From Azolla caroliniana (taxonomy: Eukaryota; Plantae; Polypodiophyta): a stretch of 64,000 bases of DNA. Where the stretch lies: the NCBI GenBank assembly GCA_043228905.1, contig JBHGNT010000020.1:7936001-8000000 (forward strand), written 5' to 3'. A model generated the notes under the pieces. That model saw only the letters and a program-made list of their open reading frames with translations, searched no databases and was not told where the DNA came from. The position numbers and the translations under genes were made by a program. Positions 1 to 11,688 of this stretch are shown here, piece by piece; positions within the stretch are counted from its first letter, which is position 1; each line of letters starts with the position of its first letter.

Positions 1-95
1 AACCAATTCAGTTCAACGCCCGTTTTAAGCCTTGTAACTATCCTTGTACTCTTGTTGATATAATATACTTCCTGTTATCATACTTCTCTCTTCCA

Positions 96-102
<7 letters not shown>

Positions 103-136
<34 letters not shown>
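103..136. repeat. (CT)n microsatellite
   Basis: Run of TC dinucleotides seen directly. Confidence 0.9.
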
Positions 137-140
<4 letters not shown>

Positions 141-195
141 TCCTCACACGGTCTTTTCTCTCTTCTTTACCTCTCCAGTACTAATTCTCTCTGCC

Positions 196-1798
196 TCAAG
201 TATTATTCTTGACACAGACTAGATGTTCTTGGCCAAATGCCACGAAGCCTTTCAACTGCTCCATATAAATCTCCTCGTCTAGGTCACCATGGAGGAATGT
301 TGTTTTGACATTTAGTTGGATTAGCCCTAAATCCTCGGTTGCCACGACACCAAGCATGAAGCGAAGGGTCGTCATTTTCACCACTAATGAAAATATTTCA
401 TTCAAGTCGATGCCATATTCCTATCGGAACCCTTTTGTTAGTAGTCTAGCCTTAAATTTTGGGTTGGTCGAATCGAACATCTCTTTTAATTTGTAGATCC
501 AGTTGCGCGGAAGAGCACATCATTTTTTTGGTAATTCGACCAAGTCTCAAGTCTTGTTTTTCCAAATGGAGTTCATCTCTAACTCCATCACCAAATTCCA
601 TGTGGCCGAATTGGTTGATGTTGATGCTCCTTCATAGGATATCGGCTCACCAACGTCTGTGAAGAAGATTCTAGGAGAGTACTTTTCTGAAGGATGTGAT
701 AGTCTTTTGAATTTCCTTGGTATGACTAGGCTAGCTTGATCAGGTATTTGGTTCGAATGATCTAGGGCCAAAACGTTCGGCTGGAGTTGATTCGGTGCTA
801 GATGATTTGGCTACCCATGAAGCCGACCTCGTGTTTTGGGCTGGGCCGTCATGAAGGGCCTGCACTTCCGAGAAAGTTACCTGTCGAACTTCAATACCCG
901 TTGAAGACAACTTCCGAACTTTGACTGATCTGTTTGTTCTCGGGGTCCCAAAGTCGGTATCTGATCTCCCCATGTGGTCCATAGCTAAGCAAGATGCATT
1001 TCCTGGACTTCGGTTCAAGCTTTTGGTGGTCGTCTTTCGGTACAAGGGCGTATGCTTCGCATCCAAAAATGCTCAACTTGTCATAATTCGACTTACTACT
1101 GGTCCATAATTCCTAAGGTATTTAAAGTCATAGAGGCCTACTCAACAACATATTAATTATGCGTATTGTTGTAAGCAAGGTCTCTGCTTAGAAGCCATAT
1201 GATAGTCTTGGAGTGTTGGAGCATAGCGATGATTCGTTCCTGAATTGTCTGATTCATTTGTTCAACAATTTCATTCGGCTCCAGACTATGTGGTCAGTGT
1301 ATTCACGTCAAATGCTGCACTGCTGGAAAAATCTGACGAATTCTTCACTTTTGTACTCTCCTCCATTGTCAGACTGTAAACATTTTAGCTTCCAACAGAG
1401 CTGGTTCTCCACCATGGTGAGCCATTCAGAAAAGATCGAGAACACCCGATCTTTGGTTCTGGCCGGGTATGCCCACACCTTACGAGTCAAATTGTCAATG
1501 AAGCTGGCAAAGTAGGTGGCTCCGCCAAGAGACTGATGTAGCATTGGGCCAGAGATGTCTGAATGGACCAAATTGAGCGAACTTCATTCTCTTTGTGGTG
1601 CCGTCGGGTGCGAGGCTATGACTTGTTTGCCATATTGGAAGTGCTTGCAAAATTGGTGGTTCGAGAAGGAGAGTTTGGAGATGATAGGTGCATTATGCCA
1701 GCCTCGCTAAGATGTCTGAGTTGTCTGTGCCATAGTGATGACACGAGAATTTCAACCAAAAACAAGTCACCCTCTTTGTGCGACGTATAAAGGGTACA
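196..1798 (-). pseudogene. Decayed Ty1/Copia pol, 3' part (GAG-pre-integrase, integrase, start of RT); Copia 1
   Basis: Fragment ORFs read LWHRQLRHLSE, VHSDISGP..KCLQSDNGGEY, FGCEAYALVPK..KLEPKSRKC and VKTTFLHGDLDEEIYM, with many stops and frameshifts. Confidence 0.9.
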
Positions 1799-1824
1799 GG
1801 GTGGAAGCACGCTACGGTGTACCA
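1799..1824 (+). repeat. Left TIR of Sola2-like #1
   Basis: Reverse complement of 21342-21367 with 2 mismatches; preceded by TACA. Confidence 0.9.
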
Positions 1825-2369
1825 GAAAAGTATTGTTTTTTGCCACAAAAATTGTCAGTACTTTCGATACTATTAGTACTGAATAATTCAGAAAAAAAAA
1901 TCAGAGAAAAAGAAAATCGATTTTGGAGAGTGGGGTGACTGTAGTACAAGGAGTGGGGGGAACACGTGAGGAGATGTTCTTTTCATTTTGGGGGCTATTT
2001 TCCCCTCACGTCGATTTTGGCGCTTCCCCTCACATCGTTTTTGGCGCTTCCCCTCATACTCCTCTTCCTCTATCCCTCTGAGCTCTTCATCTCAAACATC
2101 CATGTCACGTTTCTACTTTTCCTCCAATCTAAGAGTTTTGCTAGGGTTTAGGGAGCAAATCTCAGACATCCATGTCAGGTTGGAGCTTTTGAGTTGAGGA
2201 TTTCTGGTTTTTTTAGGGTTTCTGTTTTTGTTAGGGTTTAGGTTGAGGAACATAGACTATTCTGAGGCCTCTTATAACAGCCAATAGTGACTTCTTCGAC
2301 AATGACTTTCTTACTTCCACCGATTGCAGTTTATGTCGTGGTGATTTGGGGCTTTTTCCGTCGAGGCGA

Positions 2370-2830
2370 GGATCCTTCCACTGAATCCAGGCGGCATATC
2401 ACAAAGATTCAAGGCGCCCTCCACCATTGGAGGTTCCTTCCACTAAATCAAGGCGACATATCACAAAGATTCAAGGCGCCCTCCACCATTGGAGGTTCTT
2501 TCCAACAAATTGAGGCGGCATATCACACAGAATCAACGCTCCCGCCACCATTGGAGGTTCCTTCCATCCAATTTTTTATTTTCAGGACTAAAATTTTTCA
2601 TTTCTTCATTTTTCAGTACTAAATTTTTAGATTTTACAATTGTCAAATTTGTACGTCGTGCTTCCACCATTGGAGGTTCCTTCCAGCAAATCAAGGCGAC
2701 ATATCACACTGAATCAACACTCCCGCCACCATTGGAGGTTCCTTCCATCCATTTTTTTATTTTCAAGACTAAAATTTTTCATTTCTTCATTTTTCAGTAC
2801 TAAATTTTTAGATTTTACAATTGTCATATT
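2370..2830 (+). repeat. Subterminal tandem repeats upstream of transposase (~60-bp units with core ccaccattggaggttccttcca, plus a ~180-bp duplication)
   Basis: The core recurs five times, and 2480-2645 is duplicated at about 2660-2826. Confidence 0.8.
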
Positions 2831-2979
2831 TATTCCTTAACTCTAATGTTCGAAACAAATTATTTCTCACTTTGCAGGCCACATTTTAAAACATTTGACT
2901 GTGTTTTCTTAGTGTAGTCTATATAACATTAACTACTCTCACCGGACACTTAATTTTTTTGGATAAATCTAGTGACCAA

Positions 2980-5900
2980 ATGGGGGTCCCCAATGAGAGT
3001 GAGTTGTCAAGTAACTCATGTATATCTGAAAGGACCAAGAGACGGGTGGTTCTTCACATAGTTCGTTATTTGGTAGAAATAATGAAGAGATTTAGTGAAG
3101 AGGATCGTAGGGATATTATATGTAGAGTGTTACACCATCAACGTTTGAATGAAGACATGGAGAGAATAAAATTTAGGGACCAATGTGTTTCAGAAGAGAT
3201 TGTAGAGTCTATGAAGTCATCCCTAGACTTAGTGAAAGGTGTAGAGAGCATAGACAAACTTGCTGCAAAGAGGGTAGCCCTACACATGGTTGTGAACGGT
3301 GCGAGAGAAAAAAAATATAGTGATACTAAAGTTGCCTTAGCCCTGGGTATTCAAAGAAGGAACTTGAGGAAACATCGTCGAAATATACACTCAAGCCAAT
3401 TCAAGTGGCTGGGGTTGGGACGTAGACAACGATGCGATGCCTTATCTCAAGAGATTATTGAGAAAGTGGATTCATTTTGGGCAAAAAATACGCATGTCTC
3501 ACCAAATAAGAAGGACGTGTGTAGACAATGAATAAGTCAGGGTTAGTACCAGATTCACCCTAGACACTTCTTAGAGATGACAGAGGTATTCCATTTTTTT
3601 ATATCAATTCACATTCCATAAATTTTTGTTTTGACCAAGTGAACTGTAGGCTATATATATTGGTTGATGTAGGCTGAATTGTACATGAACTTTAAAGACC
3701 AACATCCAAGCTTGACTGTTGGATTCCGCAAGTTCCAAGGTTTGAAACCATTTTATGTTAGAAAATTAAATGAGAGGAATACATGTTGTTGTGTGTACCA
3801 CGTGAAGATGGACATGTTAAGGCTAGGAGTGAATGCAATGCGTACTGATTCTAAGGGTATACATGGGGAATTATGTGTCTGCACTTGTGAGGTTTGTAGA
3901 CCAAATGGGAAGGATAATAGGTGTAATGCACGAAACATGACTTATGCATCCGTTTCTGAGCTATGGAGGTCTTGTGTTTGTGAAAAAGAAGAATGATGTG
4001 AGTGGCATCGTCGTACATGTCTATTAAGAACATGTAAGGTTTGTCCGCTACCATTATTTTGTAGGCAGGAGCTTGATTTGGGAAACAGTCATATCGTGAA
4101 ATGGAAATATTTAGAGTATGTGACTGAAAATATTGGCAAGGGACTTATAACTAAGCGTATCAAGGAAGTATATAAGGAGACATGTGCTGCTACCCTTGTC
4201 TCAGAATTTAAGAAACAACTTGGGGAGTTCATTCCACATAACTTCCAGAGTTATTGGCAAAATTCACAGTTCAAGGAATGTATTAATAACTTACCAACGG
4301 GTGTCAACGTATCCGTTATTGACTTTGCAGAAGACTATACATTTAAAGTTCAAAATGAGGTTCAATCAATGCATTGGTACAATGATCAATGTACAATACT
4401 TGTACATATTTGCTATTGGAGGCAAGACGGTGAGTTACATAAGAAATCAATATTTTACATTTCAGACAATAAAAAGCATGATACACTATTTGTTCAACAT
4501 TGTTTTAAGCTTCACCATGCAGATTTATTGTCTCTAGGGTTAACCTTTAACCGTCATTGGGTTTGGTCTGATGGTGCTGCCTCGCAGTTTAAGGCGGCAC
4601 GATCGTTCTACTTTATCGCCAGGTAATTTTTAATCCATATGTTTAGTACTTATCATGCAATGTGTAAGGAAGTAATTCTTTTGTTAGTGCATGCATACTA
4701 ATTATGTTTGTAACTATTCGAACACAACACTATTCACATGGATGCATGCATACTAATTTTGTTTGTAACTAAGTTAACTGTTCTTGATTGATCAAATAGT
4801 ATTATCCTGTCACGGGAATCTGTGTTTATTATCTTTTAATCCATGTGAAGTGTTCTCCATAGACACATTGTACTATGTTGTGTGTTGTATCTGTACTAAA
4901 TCAATATTTACATAAGGATGTAAAGTACTCGTCTTGTACTCATAGTATTGTCCATCCTTAAGAGAATTGTACTAATTATCTTTTAATCCATGTGAAGTGT
5001 TCTCCATAGACACATTGTACTATGTTGTATATTGTATTTGTACTAAATTAGTATTTATTGAAGGATGTAAAATACTCGTCTTGTACTCATAGTATTGTCC
5101 GTCCTTAAGAGAATTGTACTAATCATCTTTTAATCCATGTGAAGTGTTCTCCATAGACACATTGTACTATGTTGTGTGTTGTATCTGTACTAAATCAGTA
5201 TTTACTCAACTTGTACTCATAGTATTGACTGTCCTTAAGAGAATTGTACTAATTATCTTTTAATCCATGTTGAGGGTTTTCCATGGACATTGTATTGTAC
5301 TATGTGTTGTATGTGTACTAAAGAAGTAATTATCGAAGGATGTAAAGTACATGTCTTTTACTCATAGTATTGTCCTAGATTGAAGAGTTTGTACTAATTA
5401 TCTATTAATCAATGTTGAGTGTTCTCCATGAACACACTGTATTGTACTTGGTGTTGTATCTATACTAAATCAGTAATAATCGGAAGATGTAAAGTACATG
5501 TCTTGTACTCATAGTATTGTCTTATATTGAAGAGTTCGTACTACTTATCTATTAATCCATGCTGAGTGTTCTCCATGAACACGTTGTATTGTACTATGTG
5601 TTGTATCTATACTAAATGATTGTTTATTGGGGGATGTAAAGTACATGTGTTGTAGTACTAATTATCTTCTAAGGAGGGTTGTGTTCTCCGTGGACACATT
5701 GTACTGTATTATGTATTGTATCTGTACTAAATCAGTATTAATAAATGTAAAGTACTCGTCGTCAGCAACATAGTACTATTTGATATTGAAGAGTTTGTAC
5801 TATTTATTTGTTAATTCATGTAGAGTGCTTTCCATGAATTCATTGTACTATGCTTTATGTTGTATCCATACTAAATTAGTATTAATGGATGCCAAGTTCA

Positions 5901-6330
5901 CATGGTTGACAACATAGTACTATTTATCTTTTAATAAGTGTAGAGTGTTCTCAATGGATACGTTGTGCTATGCTTTATTTTGTATTTGTACTAAATCAGT
6001 ATTAATGGATGTGTACTACTCTCGATTGACAAAATAGTACTAATTTTGTTGGAAACCTAAGATACAAAAGCAGGTATTTCTCCTTATTCAACATTTGTAT
6101 GCAATGGAACTACTTCGGGTCTGGACATGGAAAAGGAGAGCATGATGGCACGGGGGCTGTGATCAAACGTGCCCTTACAAGTGAGCAATTGGATAATAAT
6201 GGTGCTAAGTTACAAAATGCACATGATGTTGTGCAGTGGCTACTAACATGGAAGATGTCAAATGATGGCAAGAACAGATTGTTTGTTGAAGTTCGCGCTG
6301 ATGAGGTTGATAGAACCAAATCATATGGTT
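2980..6330 (+). pseudogene. Spliced Sola2-like DDD transposase (exons ~2980-3585, 3673-4622, 6074-~6330), with stops/frameshifts and a lost C-terminus
   Basis: Motifs VSPNKKD, TCCCVYH, DFAEDY..QNEVQSMHW, KKHD, WSDGAASQFK and WNYFGSGHGKGEHDG..IKR. GT-AG introns at 3586-3672 and 4623-6073 restore the frame. Confidence 0.85.
4690..6050. repeat. Degenerate ~120-150-bp tandem array filling transposase intron 2, rich in GTAC/AGTACT
   Basis: Recurrent block atccatgtgaagtgttctccatagacacattgtactatgttgt...gtactcatagtattgtc. Confidence 0.85.
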
Positions 6331-7711
6331 GTATGCTCATGTTGTTGCTAGTATGCTCAGTCTCAATACAATTAGGCTCCTGTATGTGGGCTACAGCAAT
6401 ACCCCTGGCGAACTCTTGGCTGGTCATAGTCACCTCATTCTTAAGACCATTGTGCTCTCCTTCTTGGGTCAACTCCTCTTGTACGGTGGCTATCACCTCA
6501 TTCTTAAGAGAACCGTGCTCCCCTTCTTGGGTGGTCTTTATTGCCTGGTCCTCATGGGTGATGCTAGTAGGCTCCCCTTCATTAGTAACGATGTTCTTTC
6601 CACAATCCTCATGGGATTCTTTACACACTACAGGTACATTCTCAGTACAATCAGTCTTCTCTTTAGTACTTGCCATATTCTTTCCACACTCCTCATGGGC
6701 TTCTTTAGACAAATTATTGTTTGTACATGCTAACTGCTCTTCAAATATGAATGCTTCGTTTTTCTCACAGTCCTCATGTGTGGAAGATGTGCTTCCAGAG
6801 TCTACCGTCGTGCAAAGGTTAATCCCAGAATCTGACTCTGTACTTGTGCTCCATATAGTTCCCGATTCATTTGATTGCAATTGGGAATCGGACTGCTCTT
6901 GTAAACCTAAATAATGGGATGTCAAAGAATATTAGTATCAACTCACATACTCAAAAGTTTGCAAACATACCAACAACAATGAACGTACAGCCGTAGATAC
7001 CCCATTGCAAGTGGTAGGCTCGGTCATCTTCTCCATAACATCTAAGTGCTCAACAGGGTTGTTATGATCTATAGAATGCACCAAAAGCAACACTATCATA
7101 GGGTTGTTATGATCTAAATCATTGTTTTCAAAAACCGTCTTTTGACGTGTACCTGGGAGTGTGATAAATTTGTCTTCACGATCAAGTTTTGGACTCGTAT
7201 CTCCCTCACCAAAGATCATTTCGTCATCAGCTAGTAACACAAGTACATGGTATTAGACAATGCAATAGGTTGACAACTCTCCGGACAGGTGAGAACATAT
7301 ATAACTCACCATTGCATTCAACTTTGCCTTTCTTGCCCTTTCCATACAACATTCTTGCAACATTCCTCATCTTACTTGGCTCTATTTCTAAAGAAATTAG
7401 GCATTCAACACTTTCTCAAATGAGAATTAAGATATGTTGGCAAAATTTGTGTTACCTGGATTGTTTTGATGTTGACCAGAGCTTGGGGAATTTGTTTGTA
7501 GAAGCATATGTTCCACTGCTCCAATGGCCCTTCTCATACATTCATCTTCATCATAAAACTCATAGGTTATTGGTAATGATGGTCCCTGAACCTTGGAATG
7601 TTCAGCAGATACCGAGGGTTTAGGCATAGGAGCCGGTTGTTCCATTACCTTCCCTGGCGTGGAGTTGCTTGACACTACAACATTCATTGCAAGAAACCAA
7701 AAAACCTTCAA
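6330..7711 (-). pseudogene. Low-complexity (E/K/T/N-rich) 3' exon of the cargo gene, truncated against the transposase
   Basis: Near-contiguous minus-strand ORFs 7427-7711, 6938-7240 and 6110-6925 with internal repeats (HEECGKN, TQEGEH..LKNEV). Confidence 0.5.
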
Positions 7712-7779
7712 GGTTAGTACCGTGATATAAAATATACAATATAGGTCACAAGAGCTGCATTACTAATTCATTAAGCTAC

Positions 7780-8450
7780 ACCTAGTTCCCATATTACACA
7801 ACTAGTACTAATCGTGAACAATGTACTACTCACTTAGTTCCCAATTTACACAAGTAGTACTAATCATGAACAATGTACTACTAACTTAGTCAAATTACAC
7901 AAGGAGTACTAATCATGAACAATGTACCACTCACTTAGTTGCCAAATTACACAAATAGTACTAATCATGAACAATGTACTAATCCTGAACAATATATTAT
8001 TCACTTAGTTCCTAAATTACTGAACTAGTACCAATAAGGAACAGAAGTAGTACTAATAATGAACAATGTACTGCTCACTTAGTTCCCAATTTACACAAGT
8101 AGTACTAATAATGAACAATGTACTGCTCACTTAGTTCCCAATTTACACAAGTAGTACTAATAATGAACAATGCACTACTCACTTAGTTCCCAATTTACAC
8201 AAGTAGTACTAATCATGCACAATGTATTACTCACTTAGTTCCCAAATTACACGAGTACTAATCATGAGCAATGTACTACTCACTTAGTTCCCAATTTACA
8301 AAACTAGTACTAATCATGAGCAATGTACTACTCACTTAGTTCCCAATTTACAGAACTAGTACTAATCATGAACAATGTACTACTCGCTAAGTACTAATCA
8401 ACAATGTACTACAAGTATAGTGTGTACTAACACTAGTACTAGGCACGTTG
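7780..8450. repeat. ~55-bp tandem array with TAGTACTA palindromes (cargo-gene intron)
   Basis: Unit cacttagttcccaatttacacaagtagtactaatcatgaacaatgtactact repeated about 10 times. Confidence 0.9.
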
Positions 8451-9036
8451 TAATATAGATTGGACTAACATCTAATCCAACAAATGTAGATTGGATTTTA
8501 GTACTAACGTGGTATTTTGCACACAAGTAATACTAAACGTGATATGTGTTCTACACACCTAATTACATAACTTGTACTAATTACACCAACAATATTAATC
8601 TTGAACAGTATTAGTACTAAACGTGATATGTGTTTGACACACCTCATTTCCAAATTACAAAAATTGTACTAATATTCAGCAATTTACTATACACCTTGTT
8701 CCCAAATTACATAACTAGTACTAATTCCCAAGTTACACAAACAATATTAACAGTCAACAGTGTACTACAAGTATAGTGTCTACTAAACTAGTACTAGGCA
8801 AGTTGCAATATAGATTGGACGATGTTGTACCTGGTTCCCTTTTAGTACTAATTCTGGAAAATATCCCTTCAACTACACATACCAATTATATATTAAGAGT
8901 ACTACCAATACTAACCCACATAATTAGGGTTCCACATATTAGTTGTTAGAGATATACTAATACTAATCCATTGTTCTCCTAAATTTGAAGTATGAATTGT
9001 GGCGTACACTAGTTCTAATACAAATGTAAATTGACA

Positions 9037-10395
9037 TCATATAATACAAACAATAGAATAGTAGAGCCACATACCGTACGGGTGTACTTTTAAACCCCAA
9101 GCATAGTACCACTCAACCACAATTGTAGTTTTACAGTCCATACATGTATTCTCTTTCTCAAAATGATACTTAGCACATAGCACATGATATGTGTGCAAGC
9201 ACGGTGTAATCACAACATCCATAGCCTCCAGCTTGAATCCGAGGCCACAAAATATACACCTGGCAGATTGCAAACACAAGTTATAATATATTAGCTAATA
9301 TGATATTTATACCACAAAAGTAGAAATAAATAACTTTTAAAGCCAATACTGTGATATAGCTATACTAGTAATGGTACTTTCCATACCACTTGGGTGCTCA
9401 ATTACAGATGGACACAAAGTTTCAAAACCTTTTTGTTTTAAATTCTGCATCAAGCACGCAAGGTTCTCGGAATGCAACTTTAAAGCTGACAACTTATTAT
9501 CTATTTCGGAATGTGCATTCCTACAAGTATCAAGGTCTCTCATCTATGAACCTAATTGAGTGCCCATATTTTTTAGCTCTTTCTTCAACACCTCACTTTC
9601 TGAATTTTGGATTGTCGATGCAATCCATTCATATGTAGTCTTTAATGAAGAGAATTTCTTTTCTACCTGTATCTCAGCTGATTTAACTGCTTCCAAATCA
9701 ACAAGTAGTGCTTGTAATATTGAGCTCATAGATGCTATGCAACTAGCCATCATCTGTTCATTTTTTTCAGTCATTGTGGCCCGTACCTTTGCAGATTGAA
9801 CTTGGTGGACAGGTGTTGTAGTTGGAATATCCACATGAGAGGTTCCCGATGACTTCAAGCCAGTGTTGGTACTAGAGGACCCTTTATAATGTTCTGACCG
9901 GTGCCAATTAAAATCTTCCCAATCTACGTTGATGCCACCCTGAACTTCACATGCAAATGCACGTGCAAAAACAGTACCCACCTCATTGTTATAGATTTGA
10001 TTTGTATCATAAACATGTTCATATCTCGTCTTCAATAAGTTCACATATTCCCTCTTCAATCCACTTATGTGGAATCCTCGCCTCGTATCGAGATGTGCTG
10101 ACCCCCAAGTTTTTATCAACCACTCTCTTAGCTCAGGATAAACTTCAGGTCGTGCTCAAAGGAAATAACTCCATCCGAGAGGTGTGTCTCGACTGATGGA
10201 GTGGTACATCTTCTTTCTTTGTGTTGATGAATTCATCACCCTTTCTTTTGTGGGTGTCTTCTTGCTTTCTTTGATAGGTGTCCTTTTTCCTTCCTTCACT
10301 GGTGTCTTCACTGTCTCTTTCATCAATGTCTTCTTTATGGGTGTCCTTCTCGTCATTGTCCTAGTCATCACTATTCTCGTTGAATGAGTATGCAT
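9037..10395 (-). pseudogene. Cargo gene of Sola2-like #1: basic repeats, unknown domain (NNE..FARAFA.E..G..VDW), coiled coil, RING-H2 finger
   Basis: ORFs 10156-10395, 9544-10119, 9337-9543 and 9037-9279. RING reads CIFC..PCLHTYHVLC..CMDC. A homologue lies in element #2. Confidence 0.7.
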
Positions 10396-10449
10396 GTACT
10401 AGAATAAAACTCATCAAATTACCATCAACACATAGCAAATCATCACATT

Positions 10450-10990
10450 GCATGTACAAGCCATGTCAAACACACAAAAACCCTAAATAATCGGAAGAAA
10501 ACTCATCCATGTCTAACACATACAAATTAAAAACAGACAGACAGGAAACACAGAGAAAACAAAAACATAGCAACTCATCATAGCCAACTCCATCTAAGTT
10601 GCATGTACAAACCATGTCAAACACACAACCACCCTAAACAGTAGGAAGAAAACTCATCCATCTCTAACACATACAAATTAAAAACAGACAGACATGAAAC
10701 ACAGAGAAAACAAAAATATACCAACAAAACAAAAACATAGCAACTCATCATAGCCAACTCCATCTAAGTTGCATGTACAAACCATGTCAAACACACAACC
10801 ACCCTAAACAGTCGGAAGAAAACTCATCCATGTCAAACACATACAAATTAAAAACAGACAGACAGGAAACACAAAGAAAATGAAAACATACCAGTTGGGC
10901 ATGCAACACATAGACTATGAATAATCAAAACCTAAAAATGCCCATACACATACAAATTAAAAACAGACGGACAAGAAACACACAGAAAAC
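10450..10990. repeat. ~150-170-bp tandem triplication (probable cargo-gene intron)
   Basis: catgtacaa.ccatgtcaaacacacaa...ggaagaaaactcatccat at ~10451, ~10602 and ~10772. Confidence 0.8.
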
Positions 10991-11251
10991 GATAACATAC
11001 TAGTTGGAGGCAGATGGAGCCAAGGTCGAAGGCAGAGGTACCACACCTTCGGAGCACACCAAGCCTTCAAAATCACCTATTTGCAAGAGGTTGTTGATGA
11101 GGTTGCTGCAGAGGAGACAAACGAGCATACACAAGGAAAGAAAATCAACAACAAGAACATCAATCCGGGGAAACAGAAATCTTTGCATATATAAAGACAG
11201 ATATCGAACCTGGCACAGAGGGGAACACAACAAAAACTACGCGGGGAAACA

Positions 11252-11638
11252 TGTTGTCTGTCTAGCCGGACTAGCCTCAACACAGGTGTCTATCCGACAC
11301 TTCTCCGAAGGGGTGGTAAGGATTGGATGCTAGGTTACACGCGTAAGATGATTACAATTAAGCACAGACGGTAAACAATACGAGATACAAATAAACACGC
11401 AATAATTACTATTGTATTACTTTCCGTCCCCTTTACAAATCATCGGATCCTTTTATAGGCATCCGGCAAGGTTACAATCGGTGCGCTTAGGCAACCGACA
11501 TCCGAATCCGTCCGGATCCGGATCGGTACAACTGTACCGGATCCGTCCCTCCGAATAATAATTCTACTATTATTTACTTCCTATTATCCGATCCGATTCC
11601 ACCTTCCCACTTATCCTTGCTCTTCTGATCGGCCAACA
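11252..11638 (-). repeat. 3' LTR of Gypsy A
   Basis: tgttg...caaca; direct repeat of 20498-20884. Confidence 0.95.
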
Positions 11639-11688
11639 CATGGCACGCCCGTGGGAAAGTGCCTTGCACTTCGAATCCACTCCCGGCC

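Noticed and set aside
7780-8450. CRISPR-like array
   Set aside because: Whole units repeat with no unique spacers, no cas genes, and the context is eukaryotic. The same applies to 37140-38075 and 59672-59945.
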